Counted from the first letter of the stretch, positions 1-9,636 are shown. The stretch is DNA of 64,000 bases from Patescibacteria group bacterium (GCA_040384725.1 JAZKIS010000009.1:14075-78074); one strand, 5' to 3'. The notes: generated by a model from the letters alone, not told the origin. Made by a program: numbers and translations.

Positions 1-577
1 TCCAAAGGGAACGGTGCCGCGCGAAGCGATCGTGAGCATGACCAAGGCGCTTCTCGCGCTCATCGGGCAAGAGGCGCTGCTCGTAACGAACGAGTTCACG
101 TTTGATAGTGACGCAGCAGAAAAGAAAGGAATGGAGCTCAGCGAGCTTTTGATAGATTCCATTCCTGTGTTCTATGCGTCTGACCGTAACAAGGTGCTCG
201 GAGAGCTCATGAAGGTCTTTTGCAACGAGACGGCGAAGATTCCCGCGTTCGCGAATGTGGTACCTGAGATGAACCATAACGAGATGCAGGGATATGGCTC
301 AGGAGAGCGAGCCAAAGATCTCGCTCGTCCGATCGTCGCGGTCTTCCTTGAAGACGCGACCGATGACGAGCGCGTGCAGCGACGCATGCGCCTTACGAAG
401 CAGCTCCTTGGGATGCAGGGAGTACGCACGGCGTCCGTGACGATTCCGAGCTTGCGAACCGAAGCCATTCTCTATAGCTGGTGGACGATCCATACCCTGT
501 GCGTCAGGCTCGCATCGCGCTACGGCATGGATCCGGATAGCACGCCCCTCATCGATTCGTTCAAGGAGATGCTATGA
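1..577 (+). CDS. SIS-domain bifunctional phosphoglucose/phosphomannose isomerase, C-terminal part (5' end outside window)
   Basis: NETAK...PEMNHNEM motif of the PGI/PMI C-terminal domain; frame open from the window start; ROK kinase follows. Confidence 0.75.
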   Translation, partial: PKGTVPREAIVSMTKALLALIGQEALLVTNEFTFDSDAAEKKGMELSELLIDSIPVFYASDRNKVLGELMKVFCNETAKIPAFANVVPEMNHNEMQGYGSGERAKDLARPIVAVFLEDATDDERVQRRMRLTKQLLGMQGVRTASVTIPSLRTEAILYSWWTIHTLCVRLASRYGMDPDSTPLIDSFKEML

Positions 578-1338
578 GCCGGCTCGTGTTCGATATCGGT
601 GGCACCAACATGCGCATGGCGATTGCGGAAAGCAGTTCACTGCAGGCAGTCAAAAAGGTAGCAACACCAAAGGATCCTGAGGAAGCGGTAACTATGCTCG
701 CCGAATTTGCAGCGGAGTCGATCGTGCGACCTATCGACTGTGTCGGCGGTATCGCCGGCATCATCCGTAAGGGCGTAGTCGTCGATTCTCCGAACCTTCC
801 TTCATGGAACGGATTTTCGTTCGCCGAAGAGCTCACAAAGGAGACAGGTCTTGCCGCAAGGATCTATAACGATGCGGAGATCGCCGCCTATGGCGAAGCG
901 AAGGCTGGTGCGGGACGCGGATACGAGCGAGTAGCCTATCTGACCATCGGTACGGGTGTCGGTGGTGCATATATTGAGCATGCGACGCTGCCGCCTGAAA
1001 GCCAAGAGTACGAACCGGGAAGACAACTCATAGCTGAGACAGGCAAGACGCTTGAAGATTTCGTAGGCGGTGCGGCTCTCGAGAGAGAGTTCGGTACGGC
1101 ACCCGAGCATCTCCCGCGCTCTCTGTTTACTGAGCGTACGCATACCCTCGCGCTTGGCATCCTGCATATCATTACTCTCTGGTCTCCCGACGTAATCGTG
1201 CTCAACGGTGCGCTCATGAATGAAGAGACCGCATTCAGGCTTGAGGACGTTAAAGAAGCGCTCGATGTGCACACTATTCCGGTAGTGCGCTCAGTACTCG
1301 GTGATGAGAGCGCGCTCCATGGTGCTGCACTTGCCTAG
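574..1338 (+). CDS. ROK family sugar kinase
   Basis: DIGGT, NDA and TIGTGVGG motifs. Confidence 0.9.
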   Translation: MSRLVFDIGGTNMRMAIAESSSLQAVKKVATPKDPEEAVTMLAEFAAESIVRPIDCVGGIAGIIRKGVVVDSPNLPSWNGFSFAEELTKETGLAARIYNDAEIAAYGEAKAGAGRGYERVAYLTIGTGVGGAYIEHATLPPESQEYEPGRQLIAETGKTLEDFVGGAALEREFGTAPEHLPRSLFTERTHTLALGILHIITLWSPDVIVLNGALMNEETAFRLEDVKEALDVHTIPVVRSVLGDESALHGAALA

Positions 1339-2081
1339 AATTCGCGCTCTCCATAGGAGACCTCGACGATGAGAGGGAGGTGGTCAGAGAATCGAGCGCC
1401 GTCAGGCACCGATGCCTGCACGAGTGAGAAGTGATGAGAAAGGAATAATACCTGGAGCGCATGCCGCGGCTTCCACGAGGGGTAGCCTGCGACGGATACG
1501 GCGGTAAGCCCCACTCTCTTGAGGAACCTGAATGATCGGTGATCCCGCTCGTTAAAATCTCCGCCGAGCACGAGTGGGCCGTCAATATCTTTTACGTACT
1601 CTGCGATTTCAGCTAACTGAACCTCACGCGGTTTAGAGCCGAGGGCCAAGTGCGCCACAAGTGCGGTCATGGAAGTTCCGTCAGGGAGCATGAGCGTCGT
1701 CTCTCCGAGCGTTCTCGGGTTCATGCGGCTCAGGAGCGGATACGAACGGTCGGCGCTTATGGGAAAGCGCGAGAGAATAACATTCCCTTCATTGATCGAT
1801 GTGCCCATGATGCGTGTGGGGAAGAACCGGGCATGAGGAAGTCCCGAACCTTTGGCCATGCTGTCCATCTGCGAAGCGTTTCTTGACCTGCGGGATCCTG
1901 CATCCACCTCGGTGAGGAGCGCGATATCGGCGTCTTCAGCCTTGAGGAAGGTTCCGGCATCCATGGCGCCCCTGCTGTCGTGAGGGAAGAGGTAGCGCCA
2001 GCCGCTCGTGACGTACTGGCGGTATCCCTTGGTTACCCCGATGCCGGACTGGATATTCGCGACAATAATACGGATGCGCAT
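1335..2081 (-). CDS. Endonuclease/exonuclease/phosphatase (EEP) family protein
   Basis: N-terminal NI, LTEV, GDFN and SDHLP motifs. Confidence 0.9.
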   Translation of the reverse strand: MRIRIIVANIQSGIGVTKGYRQYVTSGWRYLFPHDSRGAMDAGTFLKAEDADIALLTEVDAGSRRSRNASQMDSMAKGSGLPHARFFPTRIMGTSINEGNVILSRFPISADRSYPLLSRMNPRTLGETTLMLPDGTSMTALVAHLALGSKPREVQLAEIAEYVKDIDGPLVLGGDFNERDHRSFRFLKRVGLTAVSVAGYPSWKPRHALQVLFLSHHFSLVQASVPDGARFSDHLPLIVEVSYGEREF

Positions 2082-2188
2082 AGTACGAGTATCCTACAGG
2101 TAGAGGGGGGAACGGTTCATGAAGAAGGCTGGGATTGAAAACCTCGGAGAAATGCCGTACTCTGCAAAAGTCCGCCTCGTGCGGATTT

Positions 2189-2260
2189 GCCGATGTAGCT
2201 CAGGGGTAGAGCAACTCCATGGTAAGGAGTAGGTCGGCAGTTCAATTCTGCCCATCGGCT
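2189..2260 (+). tRNA. tRNA-Thr(GGT)
   Basis: Cloverleaf GCCGATG/CATCGGC; anticodon arm ACTCC-ATGGTAA-GGAGT; T loop TTCAATT; no CCA. Confidence 0.95.
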
Positions 2261-2340
2261 CAGAGAAAGACAGAGACGCGGCTTGCTCCGCGTCTTTGTC
2301 TTTATGAAGTCTTCATAGGGGTTTCTGCTATGGTGTGCGT

Positions 2341-2961
2341 ATGACCACCTCCATACTCCGCACCATAAAGGAGAACTTCTCCCTATCACGTCTCCTTATA
2401 CTCGGGTTCACGGTCGCGTATACCGTTGCAGCTGGCTTCTACTTCGCCTCGATAGGGAACAGCGAGTTCCTCGGGTATATCGCCGTTATTATCTTCCTTC
2501 TCGTGCTCGGAGGCTGCGTGCTCACGCACCAATGCGTGCCGAGCTGGCTCCTCATGATGCTCTCGCTCGTTGGGCTTTTCCATCTCTTGGGTGCTGCGGT
2601 CCCTGTTAACGGAGACATTCTCTACAACTACGTGCCGTTCCCCGTAGAGAATCCGAGCGGCCTCACGTTCATTAAGTTCGATCAGATCGTACATACCTAC
2701 GGCACGATGGTCTCCGCGCTTCTGATGTATTACTTCCTCAGGCGAGATACCTCATTCCATTGGCTCGGCATCATGGTGTTCTCTATCCTCGGCGCGTCGG
2801 GCATAGGTGCCCTGAACGAAATCATCGAGTTCGTTGCAAAGATGACCGTACCGAATACGGATGTGGGCGGATACTACAACACCGCGGTCGATCTTTGCGT
2901 GAACCTGTTCGGAGCTATCCTCGGGACGCTCGCAGGATTCATGTTTTGGAAACGAGCCTGA
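2341..2961 (+). CDS. DUF2238-like integral membrane protein
   Basis: Multiple TM helices; H, D..VH, EIIEF and DL motifs; start placed 6 nt after TGcTATGGT. Confidence 0.7.
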   Translation: MTTSILRTIKENFSLSRLLILGFTVAYTVAAGFYFASIGNSEFLGYIAVIIFLLVLGGCVLTHQCVPSWLLMMLSLVGLFHLLGAAVPVNGDILYNYVPFPVENPSGLTFIKFDQIVHTYGTMVSALLMYYFLRRDTSFHWLGIMVFSILGASGIGALNEIIEFVAKMTVPNTDVGGYYNTAVDLCVNLFGAILGTLAGFMFWKRA

Positions 2962-3001
2962 GCTTGATAGGGAGACGCTTTCCGGCTATTGTAGCGGAAC
3001 C

Positions 3002-3074
3002 GCCACCGTAGCTCAGTTGGTAGAGCATTTCACTCGTAACGAAAAGGTCGCCAGTTCAATCCTGGCCGGTGGCT
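3002..3074 (+). tRNA. tRNA-Thr(CGT)
   Basis: GCCACCG/CGGTGGC acceptor stem; anticodon loop CTCGTAA; T loop TTCAATC. Confidence 0.93.
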
Positions 3075-3084
3075 CAGATAAATG

Positions 3085-3122
3085 GAACGTCCGCGAAGCA
3101 TACTAGCTTCGCGGACGGTTTC
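3085..3122. terminator. Bidirectional hairpin between tRNA-Thr and the convergent orphan gene
   Basis: CGTCCGCGAAGC-N6-GCTTCGCGGACG inverted repeat. Confidence 0.75.
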
Positions 3123-3124
3123 GT

Positions 3125-3562
3125 TCAGGCAAGTGCTGCCCAGTTGTCTCGAAACGGCTCGTGTTTCGAATTCTGAAGTGGCGGATGCGAGATCTTGAGT
3201 ACAGGAGCCGAGCCATTTTCGGCACGAGCGCTCTGACCCTGTTCCCGCAAAAGCGTCTTCCAGTCTCGAGGCGGGATGATGTAGTAGATCGCGCACTCTC
3301 CCGGCGGGGCGACGATGAGGATGATCGCCTTGATGGCCGAGTCAGAGATGTATCCGGGGTCTCCGGCGATAAACCGTACATAGCCGAATGCATTCCCCGG
3401 AGGCTTGGCGACATGTGTGGCTATTCGAGCCACGCACCGCTTCCCGTTTACGCGAACATGAATCATGTTCCGGATCGCCCGTTCGCCTGGAATCGGCGTA
3501 ACTTCGAATCCCGCAGCCTGCGCGCCCTGCGAGAGAGGAGCAAGAATATCTTGTAGTGCCAT
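3125..3562 (-). CDS. Hypothetical protein (SD-led orphan cassette)
   Basis: 145-aa ORF; AGGAGG 5 nt before ATG; TTGCCT-16-TAGGGT promoter-like site upstream. Confidence 0.7.
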   Translation of the reverse strand: MALQDILAPLSQGAQAAGFEVTPIPGERAIRNMIHVRVNGKRCVARIATHVAKPPGNAFGYVRFIAGDPGYISDSAIKAIILIVAPPGECAIYYIIPPRDWKTLLREQGQSARAENGSAPVLKISHPPLQNSKHEPFRDNWAALA

Positions 3563-3658
3563 AATGGCCTCCTGAATTGAATGAGAGAACTAGTTCCTCC
3601 ACACCCTACAACATAAGGAGCATAAGGCAAATCTTTTCGTATCGTTTACACTCTTCCT

Positions 3659-4525
3659 ATGAATGAGGAGCGCATACAGGAACTCGAGGCTCTCATGGCC
3701 TCTCCTGAGTTCTGGAAGGACCCTGCGGAAGCGCAGAGAAGGATCGCGGAGTATCAGAGCCTTAAGGACGGCGGAACGGGAGACGGGCATGACACGGGCC
3801 CTGCAACGCTCGCAATCCTTGCGGGAGCCGGCGGAGACGATGCCGAGGATTTCGTGCGTATGCTGAGGCGCATGTACGAGGGGTATGCCGGGAAGAGGGG
3901 ATGGAATGTCTGGGAGCTCCATGCGAACGAGAACGATCAGGGAGGATACCGGAACGTGCTGCTTGATATACAGGGGAAAGGAGCCTATGGACGCCTTAAG
4001 AACGAGGCGGGCGTGCACCGCCTGGTGCGTATCTCGCCCTTCAATTCGAACGCTAAGCGCCAGACCTCGTTCGCGCTCGTTGAGGTGCTGCCGAAGCTCG
4101 CGGGGAACGAGGAGATCGTGCTTTCTCCGGACGATCTCGATATCCAGTTCGCGCGCTCAGGAGGCGCAGGCGGACAGAACGTGAACAAGCGGGAGACGGC
4201 AGTGCGTATCGTGCATACTCCTTCGGGGGTATCCGCGCACGTCTCGAGCGAGCGAAGCCAGCTCGCGAACCGCGAGAAGGCCATGGAGCTCGTAAAAGCG
4301 AAGCTATTCCGCATACAGGAGGATGCGCGGCTCGCTGAGGCAAAAGGCCGCTCTATTGCGACTACAACCGCTAACGAATGGGGCAGCCAGATGCGTTCCT
4401 ACGTGCTCCATCCCTATAAATTAGTGAAAGATCACGTAACGGGGGCAGAATCACATGATCCAGACAGTGTCCTCGAAGGAGACCTGGATAGCTTCATAGA
4501 CGCTACCGCTTCGCCTGAGGTATAA
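3659..4525 (+). CDS. prfB: Peptide chain release factor 2 (short N-terminal domain)
   Basis: SPF stop-recognition motif, GGQ, HRLVRISPF, RSYVLHPY. Confidence 0.93.
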   Translation: MNEERIQELEALMASPEFWKDPAEAQRRIAEYQSLKDGGTGDGHDTGPATLAILAGAGGDDAEDFVRMLRRMYEGYAGKRGWNVWELHANENDQGGYRNVLLDIQGKGAYGRLKNEAGVHRLVRISPFNSNAKRQTSFALVEVLPKLAGNEEIVLSPDDLDIQFARSGGAGGQNVNKRETAVRIVHTPSGVSAHVSSERSQLANREKAMELVKAKLFRIQEDARLAEAKGRSIATTTANEWGSQMRSYVLHPYKLVKDHVTGAESHDPDSVLEGDLDSFIDATASPEV

Positions 4526-4538
4526 TGGGCTTCGTTAT

Positions 4539-5219
4539 ATGATCTATTTCGACAAGGTAACGAAGATCCATCGCGACGGCACTCCCGGCCTCGAGGATGT
4601 AACCATCGCTATCGCGCCGAAAGAGTTCGTCTCCATCGTCGGACACTCAGGTGCCGGCAAGACCACGCTCTTGAAGATGCTTCTCGTAGAGGACCGTCCT
4701 ACCGAAGGAACGGTCTTCTTTGAGTCCACCGACGTGCATGCGCTTCCGAAGAGCCAGCTCCATCACTACCGAAGGAAGATCGGCATGGTGTTTCAGGACT
4801 TCCGTCTCATCCCGAACAAGACTGCCTACGAGAATATCGCGTTCGCTATGGAAGCGGCGGGACGCGCGCAGGACGAGATCGAGTCTGACGTGCCGCATAT
4901 CCTCGACCTCGTCGATCTCGGGAGCAAGGCGCACCATTTCCCGAGCCAGCTCTCCGGCGGCGAGCAGCAGCGCGTCGCGATCGGCCGCGCCATCATCAAC
5001 CAGCCGGACGTTATCGTTGCGGACGAGCCGACCGGAAACCTTGATCCGGTGAATACCTACGAGATCATGGACATCCTGAAGAAGATCAATGAGCTCGGCA
5101 CGACGGTGCTCATCACGACGCATAACAAGGGCGTGGTGGATGCGATGAGTCGCCGCGTTATCACGATGGATCGCGGACGCGTTATTCGTGACGACATGCA
5201 GGGCCAGTACATTCTCTAA
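4539..5219 (+). CDS. ftsE: Cell division ATP-binding protein FtsE
   Basis: [31 protein letters not shown]; adjacent to ftsX. Confidence 0.93.
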   Translation: MIYFDKVTKIHRDGTPGLEDVTIAIAPKEFVSIVGHSGAGKTTLLKMLLVEDRPTEGTVFFESTDVHALPKSQLHHYRRKIGMVFQDFRLIPNKTAYENIAFAMEAAGRAQDEIESDVPHILDLVDLGSKAHHFPSQLSGGEQQRVAIGRAIINQPDVIVADEPTGNLDPVNTYEIMDILKKINELGTTVLITTHNKGVVDAMSRRVITMDRGRVIRDDMQGQYIL

Positions 5220-5233
5220 TCAATTTTCTTACT

Positions 5234-6157
5234 ATGTGGACGACGATCAAACGAGTGGTTACGGGAGGAGCGAAGAATTTCTTCCGTAGCGGTGCGGTCT
5301 CGTTCGCGACCGTCCTCATCATGACCGTGACGCTCGTGATCGTCGGGTCACTCATATTCCTCTCTGCGATCCTCTCGAACACCCTCGCGTCGCTCCAGGA
5401 CAAGGTGGACGTGAACGTGTACTTCGTTACCGACGCCGATGAGCGCGATATCATCGCGATCCAGGACCGCCTTGAGACTCTTCCTGAGGTATCGAGCGTG
5501 GCCTACACCTCACGCGAGGAACGCCTTGAGGAGTTCCGTACGCGCTACGAGAACGACCAGCTCACGCTCCAGGCGCTCGATGAGCTCGGGAACAACCCGC
5601 TCGGTGCCGCTCTTTCCATAAAGGCGAAGGATCCGTCCCAGTACGCAGGTATCGTCGAGTTCCTTTCGGACGATCCAAGCATCTCTCCCGAGGGCGGCCC
5701 CATCATCGACAGCATCAACTACTTCCAGAATAAGGCGGTTATCGATCGCCTGACGTCAGCCATCAACGCCACCGAGAAGGCAGGGCTCGCGATCGTTATA
5801 TTGTTCGCAGTCGCGTCGACCATCATCGCGCTCGCAACGGTGCGTCTCGCTATCTACACCGCACGTGACGAGATCGCGGTAATGCGTCTCGTGGGAGCCA
5901 ATAACGCGTACATCCGCGGCCCGTTCATCGTCGCCGGTATCATCTCAGGACTTGTCGCGGCAGTTATCGCGCTCGTGCTCTTCTATCCGGCTACCTGGTA
6001 TGCAGGGAATGCGCTTCAGAACTGGCTTGGAGGGTTCAATCTCTTCAGCTACTATCTTTCGAACTTCGCCATGATATTCGGCATCCTTGCCGGAACCGGC
6101 GTTCTCGTGGGCGCGCTCGCGTCGTGGTTAGCAGTACGTCGCTATCTCAGGGTCTAG
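5234..6157 (+). CDS. ftsX: Cell division permease FtsX
   Basis: 4-TM layout with extracellular domain; EIAVMRLVGA...IRGPF. Confidence 0.92.
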   Translation: MWTTIKRVVTGGAKNFFRSGAVSFATVLIMTVTLVIVGSLIFLSAILSNTLASLQDKVDVNVYFVTDADERDIIAIQDRLETLPEVSSVAYTSREERLEEFRTRYENDQLTLQALDELGNNPLGAALSIKAKDPSQYAGIVEFLSDDPSISPEGGPIIDSINYFQNKAVIDRLTSAINATEKAGLAIVILFAVASTIIALATVRLAIYTARDEIAVMRLVGANNAYIRGPFIVAGIISGLVAAVIALVLFYPATWYAGNALQNWLGGFNLFSYYLSNFAMIFGILAGTGVLVGALASWLAVRRYLRV

Positions 6158-6163
6158 GGCGGT

Positions 6164-7813
6164 ATGGCACTTGACGGACACAAATACATATTCGTCCTCG
6201 GCGGGGTTATGTCGGGCGTCGGGAAGGGTATCGCCTCGTCCTCGATGGGCCTTATCCTCCAGCAGCGCGGGTACGGCGTGAATCTCGTGAAGGTCGATCC
6301 GTACCTGAATGTGGACGCAGGTACCATGAACCCGACTGAGCACGGGGAGGTCTTCGTGCTGAACTCGGGCCTTGAGACCGACCAGGATATGGGCAACTAC
6401 GAGCGCTTCCTCAATCGCGATCTCGGTCCGGAAGACTATATGACAAGCGGGATGGTATATCAGTCGGTTATCAACCGCGAGCGTGCGCTTGAGTACGGCG
6501 GGAAGTGCGTCGAAGCGGTACCGCACGTGCGCGACGAGATTCTAACGCGCATCGAAGCCGCTGCGGCGCATAACGGCAGCAAGATTTCCGTTATCGAGAT
6601 CGGGGGTACCATCGGCGATTTCCAGAACGCACTCTTCATCGATGCGGCACGCGTCATGAAGATAAAGCATCCTGACGATGTCATCTTCGTCATGGTCTCG
6701 TACCTGCCGGTTCCAGGGACCCTGGGCGAGATGAAGACGAGGCCCACTCAGCATGCGATCCGCGAGCTCTCCTCGTACGGGATCCAGGCTGATTTCATAA
6801 TCGCGCGCTCGCAGCAGATCATGGATGAGAAGCGCAAGGAGAAGCTCGCTATCTCCTGCAACGTGCGACCGGAGCATATCATCTCGGCGCCTGACCTTGA
6901 GAGCATCTATGACGTGCCGCTGAACCTCGAGAAGGATTCGATCAGCGACGCGCTCCTCGACGCGCTCAAGCTTCCGAAAGATACCCCGGGAGATCTTTCT
7001 GAATGGGAAGAGTTCGTAAGCCGGATCAAGAACTCGACGAAGGTCGTCAGGATCGGCATCGTAGGGAAGTACTTCGATACCGGCGATTTCGTACTTTCTG
7101 ACGCCTACCTCTCCGTTATCGAGGCCCTCAAGTTCTCAGCGGCCGAGGTCGGCGTGAAGGCAGAGATCGAATGGCTGAACGCGAAGCACTTCGAGAACGG
7201 AGGCGATGCGAGCGTGCTTGAGAAGTACGACGGCATTCTCGTTCCTGGAGGTTTCGGCCAGACGGGTATCGAGGGAAAGATCGAAGCGATCAAGTTCGCT
7301 AGAGTGAACAAGATCCCTTATTTCGGGCTCTGCTACGGCATGCAGCTTATGGTTGTGGAATACGCACGGAACGTCCTTGGCCTTAAGGGCGCGAATACCG
7401 CGGAGATCGACCCGAACGCGGAGCATCTCGTCGTCGACGTCATGCTCGAACAGAAGGCGCTTATCGCGGCGGGGAAGTACGGAGGCTCTATGCGCCTCGG
7501 TACGTATGAGGAGATCCTCAAGGAAGGGACTATCGCACGCGAGGCGTATGGGGCAGAGAGGGTTGAGGAACGGCATCGGCATCGCTATGAGATCAATCCG
7601 GCGTATGTAGAAAGGATTGAAGCAGCAGGACTCGTGTTCTCCGGAAAGTCCCCGGACGGCGTCCTCATGGAAGTCGCGGAGCTTCCAAAGAAAAACCATC
7701 CTTTCTTCCTCGGTACCCAGGCGCATCCTGAACTGAAGGCGCGTCCGCTCTCTCCGCACCCGCTCTTCACCGCGTTCCTTAAGGCTGCGAGCATACAGAG
7801 CGACACGCGGTAG
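6164..7813 (+). CDS. pyrG: CTP synthase
   Basis: GGVMSGVGKG, DPYLNVDAGTM, GLCYGMQ, RHRHRYE, HPE. Confidence 0.97.
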   Translation: MALDGHKYIFVLGGVMSGVGKGIASSSMGLILQQRGYGVNLVKVDPYLNVDAGTMNPTEHGEVFVLNSGLETDQDMGNYERFLNRDLGPEDYMTSGMVYQSVINRERALEYGGKCVEAVPHVRDEILTRIEAAAAHNGSKISVIEIGGTIGDFQNALFIDAARVMKIKHPDDVIFVMVSYLPVPGTLGEMKTRPTQHAIRELSSYGIQADFIIARSQQIMDEKRKEKLAISCNVRPEHIISAPDLESIYDVPLNLEKDSISDALLDALKLPKDTPGDLSEWEEFVSRIKNSTKVVRIGIVGKYFDTGDFVLSDAYLSVIEALKFSAAEVGVKAEIEWLNAKHFENGGDASVLEKYDGILVPGGFGQTGIEGKIEAIKFARVNKIPYFGLCYGMQLMVVEYARNVLGLKGANTAEIDPNAEHLVVDVMLEQKALIAAGKYGGSMRLGTYEEILKEGTIAREAYGAERVEERHRHRYEINPAYVERIEAAGLVFSGKSPDGVLMEVAELPKKNHPFFLGTQAHPELKARPLSPHPLFTAFLKAASIQSDTR

Positions 7814-7815
7814 AG

Positions 7816-7843
7816 TTGTATTTGGTACGTATAGTGTTATAAT
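7816..7843 (+). promoter_or_regulatory. Sigma70-like promoter of the XRE gene
   Basis: TTGTAT-16-TATAAT with extended TG. Confidence 0.65.
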
Positions 7844-7897
7844 ATATTCAGACGTGCAATTCCTGCGCGACTCTAGTAACGCATAAAGGGGCTATCC

Positions 7898-8278
7898 ATG
7901 CCGACTGATATCGACTCCCACCTCGGCAAACGACTTCGCCGCCTACGCCGTCTTCTCGGCCTCACGCAGCAGCAGCTCGGCACGAAGGTGGGCATTCGCT
8001 TCCAGCAGATTCAGAAATACGAATGCGGCGCGAACCGCATCTCGGCCGCGCGCCTGTGGCAGCTTGCCGAGGCGCTCGAGTCGTCGGTGACCTACTTCTA
8101 CGACGGCCTGAGAGAGGCTCTCGAGGGGAGGGAGGTTGAGGGAGATGGTGAGGAGCACTCCCGCAGGGAGACCCTCGACATGATCGAGGCATACTACCAG
8201 CTCGATGAGGTGCCGCGACGGCGTCTGGTCGAGCTTGCCAGGGCTATGCGTACGGAGCATGGTAAGAAAGCGGCGTAA
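7898..8278 (+). CDS. XRE-family HTH transcriptional regulator, alphaproteobacterial (Caulobacterales) type
   Basis: LGKRLRR..RLLGLTQQQL...FQQIQKYECGANRISAARLWQL...YFYDGL; AAAGGGG SD. Confidence 0.9.
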   Translation: MPTDIDSHLGKRLRRLRRLLGLTQQQLGTKVGIRFQQIQKYECGANRISAARLWQLAEALESSVTYFYDGLREALEGREVEGDGEEHSRRETLDMIEAYYQLDEVPRRRLVELARAMRTEHGKKAA

Positions 8279-8290
8279 GCCGAACACAAG

Positions 8291-8320
8291 AAAGGGCCGA
8301 CGAGCAATCGTCGGCCCTTT
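8291..8320. terminator. Bidirectional intrinsic terminator (XRE / metK)
   Basis: AAAGGGCCGACGA-GCAA-TCGTCGGCCCTTT. Confidence 0.85.
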
Positions 8321-8335
8321 GATCATGTATGCCTA

Positions 8336-9394
8336 TTACAGGCTCACGACCTCTTCCCAGGACCTGCCGGCAACGCCGAAGTGCCCGTAGGCAGCGGTCT
8401 CCTGGAAGATGGGGCGCGTGAGGCCGAGACGCTCGCGAATGGCGAGCGGCCGGAAGTCGAAGTTTTTCTGTACGAGCTCTGACAGGTCCTTCCCGTCCTC
8501 GCTGAACGCCTCGACCATGACCGGCTCTACGCGCCCGATGGCATAGGCGACCGAGACGAGCGCTTTCTTTGCGTGTCCGTTCGCGACAAGATTCTTCGCT
8601 ACGAAGCGGCACATGTAGGCGGCAGAGCGATCTACCTTCGTTGCGTCCTTTCCGGAGAACGCGCCGCCGCCGTGCGGCACGAGGCCGCCATACGTGTCTA
8701 CCATGATCTTGCGGCCCGTGAGGCCGGCATCAGCCTCGAAGCCGCCCTGCACGAAGCGCCCGGTCGGATTAACCAGGAGATCAATGCCGTCGAGGTTCCC
8801 GAGCACTGGCAGGAAGAGATGCTCGGTTAGGTCGAGACGTATGGTCTCGAGATCGGCTTCTTCCGCGTGTTGGGTAGAAGTTAGTGCAGTGAGCACGTTC
8901 CCGTTCTTGAGGGTTACCTGGGTCTTCCCGTCCGGGCGCAGGTAGGGGAGCGTACCGTCGCGTCGGAGCGCCTCGAGTCTGCGAGCGAGCGCGTGTGCGA
9001 GCACCACGCCTTTCGGGAGGTATTCCTCGGTCTCGTCCGTCGCGTACCCGTACATGATGCCTTGGTCTCCTGCACCACCGGTATCGACGCCCATAGCGAT
9101 GTCTCCTGACTGTGTAACGACACGCTCGAATACCTCGAGCGGTTCGGTATAGCCGATATCAGCGTATACCTTCCGTGCGATCGCTTCGTAATCGACGTTG
9201 GTCTTGGTTGTAACCTCGCCGCCGATCATGAGCGTGCCGTGGCTGCCGAAGGTCTCTACCGCAACCCGGGAGTTCGGGTCTCCCGCAAGGCAGGCGTCGA
9301 GTATGGCGTCAGAGATCTGGTCGCATACCTTATCCGGATGTCCTGCGGTTACGCTCTCGGTCGTGTAATGGGAAAGAAGATGCAGCATGTACAA
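8336..9394 (-). CDS. metK: S-adenosylmethionine synthetase
   Basis: ESVTAGHPDK, GAGDQG, GLTGRKI, GGGAFSGKD, YGHFG. Confidence 0.97.
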   Translation of the reverse strand: MYMLHLLSHYTTESVTAGHPDKVCDQISDAILDACLAGDPNSRVAVETFGSHGTLMIGGEVTTKTNVDYEAIARKVYADIGYTEPLEVFERVVTQSGDIAMGVDTGGAGDQGIMYGYATDETEEYLPKGVVLAHALARRLEALRRDGTLPYLRPDGKTQVTLKNGNVLTALTSTQHAEEADLETIRLDLTEHLFLPVLGNLDGIDLLVNPTGRFVQGGFEADAGLTGRKIMVDTYGGLVPHGGGAFSGKDATKVDRSAAYMCRFVAKNLVANGHAKKALVSVAYAIGRVEPVMVEAFSEDGKDLSELVQKNFDFRPLAIRERLGLTRPIFQETAAYGHFGVAGRSWEEVVSL

Positions 9395-9424
9395 ATAGTT
9401 ATGGATGAGACGTACGAAACGAAA

Positions 9425-9554
9425 GCATCTCCCAATAAAGGGAGATGGATCGTGTCCGGCATCGTCCCCTTACGGGTCTGGGAGCACCGTTTCCTGTTAG
9501 GGATGGTTGCTGGCGGGTCGTAGGCCCAGGTGCCTCTCCGCGCTCTTGATACTG
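9425..9554 (-). ncRNA. SAM-I family riboswitch upstream of metK
   Basis: Minus strand UAUCAAGAG...GGAGAGG...CUGGG...GCAACC...GGUGC...CCCAG...GAU core, with the CUGGG/CCCAG pseudoknot; followed by a CAUCUCCC/GGGAGAUG hairpin. Confidence 0.85.
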
Positions 9555-9636
9555 CGTATTCGGTTGTACTCGCTTAGGATAGCACGGGACTGTGTGGGGG
9601 ATATACTTGGTGCATACCCGTCATATACCTTCAATC

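Noticed and set aside
563-576. SD-like AAGGAG before the ROK gene (and AAGGAAG before htpX) as native SD use
   Set aside because: Both lie inside the overlapping upstream CDS (Lys-Glu codons) and the starts are translationally coupled; kept only as a caveat to the SD finding
7898-8278. Bin contamination as the explanation for proteobacterial-like genes
   Set aside because: The cassettes are single genes interleaved contiguously with native genes at many sites, and some share terminators with them; read mapping should still confirm
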